NCBI GenBank assembly: GCA_963778115.1
Contig: CAVZSV010000004.1
Location: 288,001 to 352,000, forward strand
Length of the DNA stretch: 64,000 nt
Reading direction: 5' to 3'
Origin: an uncultured delta proteobacterium
GTDB lineage: Bacteria; Bdellovibrionota; FAC87; UBA2466
Shown: one piece after another, positions 55,949-64,000 of the stretch
Numbering within the stretch: the stretch's first letter is position 1
Layout: each line of letters begins with the position of its first letter
Notes under the pieces: model-generated
Database searches by the model: none
What the model was told of the DNA's origin: nothing
Seen by the model: the letters and a program-made list of their open reading frames with translations, nothing else
Made by a program: the position numbers and the translations under genes

Positions 55949-57493
55949 ATGATCACTTTGATAAATCCGCCGTTAGTATGCCGACGAGGAGATTCTCACA
56001 GTTCGGGTATCCCCTATCTCCCTCATGGACTGGCCTACCTGGCGGCCGTCTTAGAGCGGGAAAATCTCCCTTTTGAAGTCATCGACTGTTTTGGCGAAAA
56101 GCCCAATCAGGCTACCGCTTGCGGTCCTTATCTCATGTTTGGATTAACTCCTTCTGAGGTGCAAAAAAGAGTTAGATCGCAAACTCGACGGGCCTTTGTA
56201 ATCTATGCAAATTCAATTTTTAACTCTCACGCGGTGTTTGAAGTGGCAAAGGCCTTAAAAGACTTCCAGGTTCCTGTCATCGCGACCGAAAACACTCAAG
56301 CCGTCACCGGATTTTCGCTGTCTAAATGTTCGTCAGAATTGATGAAGACTCCGATCACGCACGCCATTTTAGGAGAATGCGAAGCCATTGCCATGGAGCT
56401 GTTTCCTTCATTACTTGAACACGGAACCGTTCCGGAACGCCTCAAAAAACATGTCTGGACAAGAGAGCAAGCTTTTCATCAAACTCAAAACGCCATGGTA
56501 AGCGATCTGGATGCTCTGCCCTGGCCGCTTTGGGAACGCTTTCCCCTGGAAAACTATTGGAAACTCAAATATGCCCACGGCCCTATGTCAGGGCGTTACG
56601 TGGCGCTTCTTACTTCCCGGGGGTGCCCCTATCCTTGCGGATTCTGCTCGGTTCCCGTTATGAATGAAAGAAAATGGCGTATGAGATCAGCCCAAAACGT
56701 AATAAGCGAAATCGCTCATATGAAATCGACGTTGGGGGTAGACGAATTTCACTGGGAGGATCTCAATCCGACCATTCACGAAAAGCGAATGTTAGAGATC
56801 TCTAAAATGTTAACCGAGAGGCAGCTTGCTATTCGATGGAGAATCGTCTCGGGAACGAAGATGGATAATCTAAAATTGGAAACGCTTAGCGCAATGGCCG
56901 ATGCGGGACTCGACTACGTGAGTTTTTCGCCAGAATCTGGATCGCCGAGAGTTTTGCAGTTGATCCGTAAACCCTTTCAACACGAACATGCCATCGAGCA
57001 GGTTAAATTACTCTCCCAGCGAAAGGTAAGAACCCAGGCTTGTTTCGTGCTGGGTTATCCCGGCGAAGAGGAAGAGGATCGCTGGAAGACTTTCCGTTAT
57101 GCGAAACGCCTGCTCAAAGCAGGCTTGGGAGAGGTAACCTATTTTATCGTGGCACCCATGCCAGGGACTCCCATCGAACATGAGATAGCGGGGGAGTCGC
57201 ACGGCCTATCCGATCTCACTTTTTCTCCGGCCTGGCGGTCCGACTATGCCGAGTTGATTCATTGGAGAAACCGTCTTTACCAAAGTTTTTTTCTCTATCG
57301 AATTTTTGTCACTCCCCATCGTTTCCTTGGAAGCTGCGTAAGAGCATTGTGGGGAAAGACAAAATTGAAAATGGAAATGTTTCCCAGAAGGCGAGTTCGA
57401 GCCTGGTTTTATGAGAGGTTCAGCCGGACGCTCACTTCATCCTCAAGCTTTAGCCCGGTAATAGCCCGGCCTGAAGGGGACCAGGCAGCGTAG
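55949..57493 (+). CDS. B12-binding domain radical SAM protein
   Basis: PHGLAYLAA, LDALPWP, TSRGCPYPCGFC, ESGS and GYPGE motifs. Confidence 0.92.
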   Translation: MITLINPPLVCRRGDSHSSGIPYLPHGLAYLAAVLERENLPFEVIDCFGEKPNQATACGPYLMFGLTPSEVQKRVRSQTRRAFVIYANSIFNSHAVFEVAKALKDFQVPVIATENTQAVTGFSLSKCSSELMKTPITHAILGECEAIAMELFPSLLEHGTVPERLKKHVWTREQAFHQTQNAMVSDLDALPWPLWERFPLENYWKLKYAHGPMSGRYVALLTSRGCPYPCGFCSVPVMNERKWRMRSAQNVISEIAHMKSTLGVDEFHWEDLNPTIHEKRMLEISKMLTERQLAIRWRIVSGTKMDNLKLETLSAMADAGLDYVSFSPESGSPRVLQLIRKPFQHEHAIEQVKLLSQRKVRTQACFVLGYPGEEEEDRWKTFRYAKRLLKAGLGEVTYFIVAPMPGTPIEHEIAGESHGLSDLTFSPAWRSDYAELIHWRNRLYQSFFLYRIFVTPHRFLGSCVRALWGKTKLKMEMFPRRRVRAWFYERFSRTLTSSSSFSPVIARPEGDQAA

Positions 57494-59009
57494 TGGTACC
57501 CTCCACCGCCTGATGCAAATGTAGTTTGGGATTGTGACAGACAAAGACGTTGTCCTTTAGATCCGTCGTGCAAACATCTGGCATCGCTCCAAACACTCCG
57601 GGTCTTGCCGACTTCGACATTGAAGAGGCCAACTGATCCGCCGGCGCTCGACCCGCCATTACCGTTTCGCTGGCCATGCTACCTTCGTCGGACGCATCGG
57701 ATTTTTCTCCCGATTCAAAAGGCCCGCCTCCCCCAGTGGATCCCGTATCTTGGAAAATTCCCCCATTTACAAAGTTATTGGCCCCGCCTCTTGAGTCATT
57801 ATAGGACCCAGTATTGGGATATGCATCGCCATCAGTGGCACTTGCGCCCTTGGCGGGATTTGCCATTTTGCCGCTGTTCCCTTGGCTGCCAACGGAATTG
57901 AGCTTTGGCATATCTTGAGAGTTGGCGAACGCTAATTGATTGGGTGTCGAAGGACCTCCAAAGGCCAACTGCACTTTATTAGATTTGGGATCTTGATTTA
58001 CCGTCGGCCCCTGATTGCTGATGGTGGAAGGGTTCACTACACTTCCAGGATCAACCCTTGGCGTATCACTGGCAGTGATGGGATCTTTGGGAAGAGAAAG
58101 TCCATCGCTTTCACCGACACCCCGACTCTGTTGACCAAGTAATTTGTCCAAACCGTTTGAGTTGTTGGCATTAGCAGAGTCTTTATCTTTTCCGTCTTCG
58201 TCCCCTTTATCGTCCCCGCCATCGTCGCCTTTTTTTCCTCCGCCTTGCCCCCCCGCTTGGGCTGCCCCCTGCTGCGCACCCTGATTGTAGGCATTGGCAA
58301 GAGCTGCTTGCCGGTTGGCATCTTCGGCCTGTTTTTGCTTATCCGCCAAATTGTTAAATTTTTGATCGGCATCTGCTTTGGCCTTGTCGATCTGAGCCGT
58401 CTGCTTATCGGCTTGTGTCCCAAAGTCTTTTGCAAGATCAGAGGAGGAAGCAATCACTTGGGGTGCTACCGCTTGAACCGACTGTTTAACGGGAGCCGCT
58501 GCCCCGTCCGCGGGTGGAGCTGCAGGTACGCCACCTCCCCCTGCCAAGGTATCAAGCCCAGTTTCGCCCGAAGCCGAAGGAGGTGTCGAAGCAGCATTCC
58601 CGCCACTTCGAAGGAGATCGGCCACCGCATTTAATCCTTCTTTGGAAACGCCTCTCGAACTAAAATCGGTCCCAATTCTGTCCAACCCTGCCTTCAACGA
58701 CTCGTCACTGGTCGCTGAGGCCCATACACTGGTCCAACTCTGAGTAATATTGGCCATGGTCGTAAAATCTGGGAAAGATTGATCGCTACTTATTCTTCTG
58801 GGAACTGTAATCGGATAGGGCTGGTACATATTTACGGGCTTATTGTCGGTAGTGACATCAGGAATCGATACGGTCCGGTTATTTACGGCGTTTCTCAAAT
58901 ACCGACCGAGAAGATCTTTCGCAGTGCCCTCCGCCAAAAGTGGCGTAGAAACCAAAACCGCTAGTAGAGTCGGAAGCCAAGCGGAGATAATAATTGTGCC
59001 GAACTTCAT
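57450..59009 (-). CDS. Secreted low-complexity (Gly/Ala/Gln/Asp-rich) protein with coiled coil
   Basis: Signal peptide; QADKQTAQIDKAKADA coil; terminal Cys pair. Confidence 0.7.
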   Translation of the reverse strand: MKFGTIIISAWLPTLLAVLVSTPLLAEGTAKDLLGRYLRNAVNNRTVSIPDVTTDNKPVNMYQPYPITVPRRISSDQSFPDFTTMANITQSWTSVWASATSDESLKAGLDRIGTDFSSRGVSKEGLNAVADLLRSGGNAASTPPSASGETGLDTLAGGGGVPAAPPADGAAAPVKQSVQAVAPQVIASSSDLAKDFGTQADKQTAQIDKAKADADQKFNNLADKQKQAEDANRQAALANAYNQGAQQGAAQAGGQGGGKKGDDGGDDKGDEDGKDKDSANANNSNGLDKLLGQQSRGVGESDGLSLPKDPITASDTPRVDPGSVVNPSTISNQGPTVNQDPKSNKVQLAFGGPSTPNQLAFANSQDMPKLNSVGSQGNSGKMANPAKGASATDGDAYPNTGSYNDSRGGANNFVNGGIFQDTGSTGGGGPFESGEKSDASDEGSMASETVMAGRAPADQLASSMSKSARPGVFGAMPDVCTTDLKDNVFVCHNPKLHLHQAVEGTTTLPGPLQAGLLPG

Positions 59010-59033
59010 GGAATCCCCCTGCCCTTTTAACGA

Positions 59034-59049
59034 TGCAAAACGAAAGCCG
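59034..59049 (-). promoter_or_regulatory. Sigma-54-like promoter CGGCTT-N5-TTGCA
   Basis: GG-N10-GC spacing 25 bp upstream of the ATG at 59009. Confidence 0.5.
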
Positions 59050-59257
59050 CATGGAGTAGCTTTGAAGGCGGGTGTATTCTTTTCGGGGCACCGGTCAGAA
59101 TACAGGCATGAAAGGGGAGGAGAGTACTTTACCTCCTTACATTTCGGATACTTACCTCACGTTACGAGAATGTATCTACCCCGTTGGCGGCTGTCAGTGA
59201 TCCCACGGCTGTTGATTTTTTTTTCAGAAACGCTAAGAGACTGAACATTCAGGACCT

Positions 59258-59788
59258 TTAACCCGGCAGTGCTGCCCACCCGTAGGAAACCTCTTCAAGC
59301 CTAACTCCCCCAATCTCATCTGGTTTAACTTCCTTTAGAAGCTTCCCGCCCATGGCTTCGTAGAATTTGCGTGAGGGGTTATCTTTGAGTACCCATACTT
59401 TCATAGAGGAAAATTTCATCTCTCTGAGCAAAACGACCACTCGTTTAAAAAGTTCACGACCGATTCCGTGGCCGGCGTGCTCTTTTAGAACGTAGATGGC
59501 GTAAAGCTCTCCTTGAAAGTCAGTGCCGCCGTCTCGAGACTCTCCTGCGCAGGCAAAACCGGCGATTTCTCCTTGGTCGGTTTCGGCGACGAAATACCTT
59601 CGGGAGTTTTGCGGGTCACTTAAGAGCTGCCGCTGGCGGATAGCACGTTCTTTGAGATCTAGACTGCCCAGATAAGCCTCTGGCACGATACCAGCGTAAG
59701 CCGTTTGCCAGGTGCGCATATGGGCGTAAGCGATTCCATCCGCATCCTTGACGGTAGATTCTCGAACGATGAAGGAGTACTTTGCCAT
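59258..59788 (-). CDS. GNAT family N-acetyltransferase
   Basis: WQTAYAGIVP, ELYAIYV..HAGHGIG and NPSRKFYEAMGG motifs. Confidence 0.92.
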   Translation of the reverse strand: MAKYSFIVRESTVKDADGIAYAHMRTWQTAYAGIVPEAYLGSLDLKERAIRQRQLLSDPQNSRRYFVAETDQGEIAGFACAGESRDGGTDFQGELYAIYVLKEHAGHGIGRELFKRVVVLLREMKFSSMKVWVLKDNPSRKFYEAMGGKLLKEVKPDEIGGVRLEEVSYGWAALPG

Positions 59789-59794
59789 CTCTTA

Positions 59795-60793
59795 TTAAGG
59801 AATCAAAACTGCACTTCCCTGAAGTTTATCGGACTTTAGCATCTGTAAGACCTCGTTCGCCCGGTCCAGGGGAAATTTCGTGACATGCGGAAGAATTGAT
59901 CTTGCCGCGGCTTCAGCCAAAAACTCTAGGCCGTCCGCCCGAGTATTGGAAGTCACTGAGTGCAAATTCTTTTCATAGAAAAGATGTGATTCATAGTCGA
60001 GCTGAGGAATTTTGGAGAGATAGATTCCGGCGAGAGCAACCGTTCCCCCTTTTCGAATCGAGGACAAAGCTTGGGGAACCAATTCTCCCGCCGGAGCAAA
60101 AAGGATCGCACTGTCCAGTTTTCGAGGCAGTTCGAAAGCGCTACTTCCTACCCAATCCGCCCCCATTTTCTTGGCAAGAGTCCGGTGCGATTCTCCACGG
60201 GTGACGACATAGATCTGACTTCCCCGCGCTTTAGCGACTTGCATGACAATATGAGCTGACGAACCAAAGCCGAACAAACCCAGAGCGCCGCCTTGGGGAA
60301 CTTGAGCGCGGCGAAGCGCACGATATCCAATAATTCCTGCGCACAGTAACGGAGCTGCCGCGGCAGGATCTAATGACTTTGGAATTTCATACACGAAGGA
60401 TTCATCCGCTACTGCATATTGGGCAAAGCCACCATCGGCGTGGTATCCCGTGTACTCGGAAGCTTCACAGAGATTTTCCTGGCCCCCTCCACAATACAGA
60501 CAGGAACCACACGTATGGCGAAGCCATGCTATCCCCACACGCTGCCCCTCTCGAAAACGCGCGACCTTTCTTCCCACCATATCAATGAGTCCAACGGCTT
60601 GATGGCCCGGAACAATAGGCCGCCGTTTCAAAGGAAGTTCCCCTTCGATGATGTGCAGATCGGTTCGACAAACCGCCGAGGCCTCTACTTTGATTCTTAT
60701 TTCATGAGGAGCCGGCCACGGATCAGTAAGCTCAATGGGATGGAGCGGAGAGCTCTCAATGGGTCCGTTATCCTCAAGGATCATAGCCCTCAT
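59795..60793 (-). CDS. Zinc-binding alcohol dehydrogenase family protein
   Basis: CRTDLH, PGHQ, CGSCLYC..NLC, APLLCAGIIGYR and GFGSSAH motifs. Confidence 0.93.
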   Translation of the reverse strand: MRAMILEDNGPIESSPLHPIELTDPWPAPHEIRIKVEASAVCRTDLHIIEGELPLKRRPIVPGHQAVGLIDMVGRKVARFREGQRVGIAWLRHTCGSCLYCGGGQENLCEASEYTGYHADGGFAQYAVADESFVYEIPKSLDPAAAAPLLCAGIIGYRALRRAQVPQGGALGLFGFGSSAHIVMQVAKARGSQIYVVTRGESHRTLAKKMGADWVGSSAFELPRKLDSAILFAPAGELVPQALSSIRKGGTVALAGIYLSKIPQLDYESHLFYEKNLHSVTSNTRADGLEFLAEAAARSILPHVTKFPLDRANEVLQMLKSDKLQGSAVLIP

Positions 60794-60817
60794 GGTGATT
60801 CCTCTCTTGCAGCGAAC

Positions 60818-62044
60818 TTAGATTTCTAGCATCAACCGGGCCGGATCTTCCAAACACTCTTTCACTTTGACCAAGAATTTTACCGAATCTTTTCCGTCCA
60901 CCATTCTATGATCGTAGGAAAGAGCGACGTACATCATCGGGCGAATCACTATCTTATCTTCTACAGCAATGGGACGTTTTTGGATCGCGTGCAGTCCTAA
61001 AATCCCGCTCTGAGGAGGATTTAAAATCGGAGTCGACATAAGAGAGCCGAAAACCCCACCGTTAGTAAGCGTGAAGGTGCCTCCGCTTAGCTCATCGAGC
61101 CCCAGTTTTCCTTCGCGCGCAGCCCCTGCCGTTCTTTTAATTTCCGATTCCACTTTTGCAAACGACATCTTTTCCACGTGACGCAGTACGGGAACGACTA
61201 GCCCTCGATCGGTGGAGACCGCAATGCCTAGATTCACGTAGTCGTGATAGAGGACATCGGTACCATCTATAAAAGCGTTCACCACGGGATATTCTTGAAG
61301 AGCAAGTACAGCTGCCCTGGCAAAGAAAGACATCAGGCCTAAAGAAACTCCGTGGGCTTCTTGAAAACGGGCTTTGTACTTTTCTCTCAAGTCCAATACC
61401 GCCGACATATCGATCTCGTTGAAGGTGGTCAGCATCGCGGCCGTGTGTTGAGCGGCGACAAGACGTTCGGCTATCTTCTTGCGGATCTTACTTAATGGCT
61501 CACGCCGTACTCCTTCGCCGTCATGATAGGTAGACGGTGATTGAGCTATTGGTTTGCTGGAAGCAAGGGCCGCGGGAGCCACGGGTTCGGGCTTGTGAGC
61601 CACGACACTGAGGACATCCTCTTTGGTCACCCTTCCCCGAGGGCCGGTGCCCACTAATGTCTCGGGCTCCACATTATTTTCACGAACCAATCGTCTGACG
61701 GACGGACTGAGCGGAGCTTGAATCACAGGATCTTCGCTTTGCTTGGGCGATGAAGCGGCCGGGGGCTTTTGAGCGGGCGCCTCTTTAGCCGAGGCCGTCA
61801 CCTTTCCAATGCCTTCTCCTATATTTGCAATGACATCACCAATGCGTACCGTGTCCCCAGCCTTCTTGAGCTGCTTCAAAACTCCGTTTCCCGGAGAGGG
61901 AAGTTCTACATTGGCTTTGTCCGTTTCCAGTTCGCAAAGAGGATCGTCGGCTTTAACCGCATCCCCGTCGGATTTGATCCATCGCACCAAAATGGCTTCC
62001 GTCACTGATTCGCCAAGTGCCGGGATCTGAACATTGGTAGGCAT
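60818..62044 (-). CDS. sucB: 2-oxoglutarate dehydrogenase E2 (dihydrolipoyl succinyltransferase)
   Basis: Lipoyl [32 protein letters not shown]. Confidence 0.97.
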   Translation of the reverse strand: MPTNVQIPALGESVTEAILVRWIKSDGDAVKADDPLCELETDKANVELPSPGNGVLKQLKKAGDTVRIGDVIANIGEGIGKVTASAKEAPAQKPPAASSPKQSEDPVIQAPLSPSVRRLVRENNVEPETLVGTGPRGRVTKEDVLSVVAHKPEPVAPAALASSKPIAQSPSTYHDGEGVRREPLSKIRKKIAERLVAAQHTAAMLTTFNEIDMSAVLDLREKYKARFQEAHGVSLGLMSFFARAAVLALQEYPVVNAFIDGTDVLYHDYVNLGIAVSTDRGLVVPVLRHVEKMSFAKVESEIKRTAGAAREGKLGLDELSGGTFTLTNGGVFGSLMSTPILNPPQSGILGLHAIQKRPIAVEDKIVIRPMMYVALSYDHRMVDGKDSVKFLVKVKECLEDPARLMLEI

Positions 62045-62053
62045 GAAGACTCC

Positions 62054-64000
62054 TTATTTTTTTGCGCTATTTTTGTCGCTACCGACTGAGGCGGCCAGAG
62101 GTTCAAAGGCTAACCTCACAAAATCTTCTTCTTCCCTTTGGTGCCATCGGAAAGATCCCACAGCAGGACTTGCCGACTCTTTTCTCCCTCGATATTCCAG
62201 TATCCGATCAGAGGCCAACGGCCCCAGCTTGGCATCGATGAAGGTCCAAGCGCCCATATTGCGGGGCTCTTCTTGAACCCAAAGCAGTTCGTTGGCGCCT
62301 CTGTATTTTTCCAACACTGCTGAAATGGCGGGTCTTGGAACCGGGTAGAGTTGTTCTAGGCGAATAATCGCAACGTCGGTTCGCTTTTGCTGATCTCGTT
62401 TGGCCTGCAAATTAAAAAACACTTTTCCCGTGCAAAACAAGATCCGCTTAACCCCTTCCGGCGAAGGCTCTGACGGATCATCGATGACCGGCCTAAATCC
62501 CATCTCGGTAAATTCACTTAACGGTGACGTCGATCTCTCGTCACGGAGCAGACTCTTGGGCGTCATGACAATCAGAGGCTTTCTAAACGGTCTTAGGATC
62601 TGTCGGCGCAAGAGATGAAAATATTGGGCTGGCAGTGTCGGATAGCAGACCTGAATATTGTTCTCGCCGCAAAGTTGCAAAAAGCGTTCTAGTCGCGCGC
62701 TAGAATGTTCTGGCCCTTGCCCCTCGTATCCGTGAGGGAGCAGCATCACAAGGCCGCTCATTTTTGCCCACTTGGATTCCGAACTCGAAATAAACTGATC
62801 GATGATGGGCTGGGCTCCATTAACAAAGTCCCCGAACTGCGCTTCCCAGACAACAAGATTTCTGGGATCCGCACTGCTAAATCCATATTCGAATCCCAGA
62901 ACCGCAAGCTCGGAGAGCATCGTGTTAACGATATTAAACTTCGCCTGCTTCGGCGCTAGATTCTCGAGTGGAACATACAGCTCACCGTTTTCGGTATCAT
63001 GAAGAACCGCATGGCGATGGCTAAAGGTTCCCCTTTCCACGTCTTGACCGGTCATTCGTACCGGAGTGCCCTCAAGCAAGAGGCTGCCCACGGCCCACAT
63101 CTCGGCACAGCCCCAATCGGCAGGCCGCTTTCCTTCTCCCATTTCACGGCGTATCTCGTACTGTTTCTTTAGTTTCCGATGAATGTGGAAAGAGTCCGCA
63201 ACGATCGTTGTTTTGTCGGTGATGGTCTTAATGACTGAAGACGAAACGGCGGTCTTGGCGTCCCAGTCGTCTCCAGCCCGAGTCATCCCTTTCCACGCAC
63301 CACCAAAACTATAGGGGATTTCGTGGGGTAATTTTTCCCGCGCGATTCCTAAAGCGGTTTCCATGGTCTGACGAATCTCACTCTTAAGAGCCTCGACTTC
63401 ATCAGGAGAGATACGATCCTCGGAAATTAACTTTTGCGCGTAAAGCTCGCAGACAGGCTTTTGCAGGGCGATGCGTTCATACATTAATGGCTGGGTAAAC
63501 GTGGGATCGTCGGTTTCGTTATGTCCATATCGTCGGTAGCACCAAAGGTCTATCATGACGTCGACGCGAAACTGCTGGCGAAAGCCGATAGCTAAGCGAG
63601 CCGCGTGCACCACGGCTTCGGGATCATCGGCATTGACGTGAAAGATGGGAGCCTTAATCATTTTCGCGACGTCAGTGGCATAGGGAGTAAAGCGCGTTTG
63701 ATTAGCGGTCGCGGTAAATCCCAGCTGGTTGTTGATGATAATGTGAATTGTGCCCCCGGTTCGGTAGTAGGCCAATTCGGACAGATTTAACGTCTCCGGA
63801 ACGATCCCCTGCCCCGCAAAAGCGGCTTCACCGTGGATGAGAATGGGAAGAACACTGACATGATCGGTGTCGCCCAAATACTGTTGTTTGGCGCGAACCA
63901 CACCTTCCACCACGGGATCTACCAATTCCAAATGGCTGGGATTAGGTGATAGCGAGAGGTGTACTTTGTTGCCTGAAAGGGTGGTGCGATCGTTAGAAAA
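62054..64000 (-). CDS. sucA: 2-oxoglutarate dehydrogenase E1, 5'-truncated by window edge
   Basis: Frame is open to 64000 (..SLSPNPSHLE). YRRYGHNE, RGTFSHRH, WEAQFGDF and LPHGYEGQGPEHSSAR motifs. Confidence 0.97.
   Translation of the reverse strand, partial: FSNDRTTLSGNKVHLSLSPNPSHLELVDPVVEGVVRAKQQYLGDTDHVSVLPILIHGEAAFAGQGIVPETLNLSELAYYRTGGTIHIIINNQLGFTATANQTRFTPYATDVAKMIKAPIFHVNADDPEAVVHAARLAIGFRQQFRVDVMIDLWCYRRYGHNETDDPTFTQPLMYERIALQKPVCELYAQKLISEDRISPDEVEALKSEIRQTMETALGIAREKLPHEIPYSFGGAWKGMTRAGDDWDAKTAVSSSVIKTITDKTTIVADSFHIHRKLKKQYEIRREMGEGKRPADWGCAEMWAVGSLLLEGTPVRMTGQDVERGTFSHRHAVLHDTENGELYVPLENLAPKQAKFNIVNTMLSELAVLGFEYGFSSADPRNLVVWEAQFGDFVNGAQPIIDQFISSSESKWAKMSGLVMLLPHGYEGQGPEHSSARLERFLQLCGENNIQVCYPTLPAQYFHLLRRQILRPFRKPLIVMTPKSLLRDERSTSPLSEFTEMGFRPVIDDPSEPSPEGVKRILFCTGKVFFNLQAKRDQQKRTDVAIIRLEQLYPVPRPAISAVLEKYRGANELLWVQEEPRNMGAWTFIDAKLGPLASDRILEYRGRKESASPAVGSFRWHQREEEDFVRLAFEPLAASVGSDKNSAKK

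Noticed and set aside
55949..57493. Radical SAM enzyme as part of a RiPP cluster
   Set aside because: No adjacent precursor, and it is more than 40 kb from the MNIO cluster.

Overview
A 64-kb, gene-dense bacterial chromosome segment. It is most likely from a predatory Bdellovibrionota/Oligoflexia-like organism; this is inferred from a TIGR02147-type regulator, a DUF222-like/HNH gene, many signal-peptide orphans and several sigma-54 promoters. Housekeeping content: a complete suf Fe-S operon (Rrf2 regulator-sufBCDS-sufU-sufT), sucA (partial)-sucB, tamAB-like, TolC-MacA-MacB-ExoD, photolyase, ClC, MarC, a PAS histidine kinase, Fur, a B12-radical SAM enzyme and several oxidoreductases. Accessory content of most interest: (1) an HNH-endonuclease cassette (about 30.3-31.9 kb) bracketed by 70-bp imperfect direct repeats. 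Its long non-coding leader shares collinear motifs with the leader of an unannotated, decayed 5' fragment of a related gene at 3.6-4.1 kb, which suggests a dispersed HNH element family. (2) A ClpA/B-like double-AAA+ protein with an apparent Sec signal peptide. (3) A TIGR02147 regulator coupled to three paralogous secreted tandem-DUF1566 (C-type-lectin-like) proteins and a probably frameshifted fourth gene. (4) A bufferin-like MNIO RiPP cluster with a 5-Cys precursor and an exported thioredoxin/DUF255 protein. (5) A candidate sigma-54 stress regulon with visible -24/-12 boxes and palindromic activator sites. No rRNA, tRNA, CRISPR array, reverse transcriptase or transposase was seen. All family calls come from motif recognition by eye; no database searches were run.
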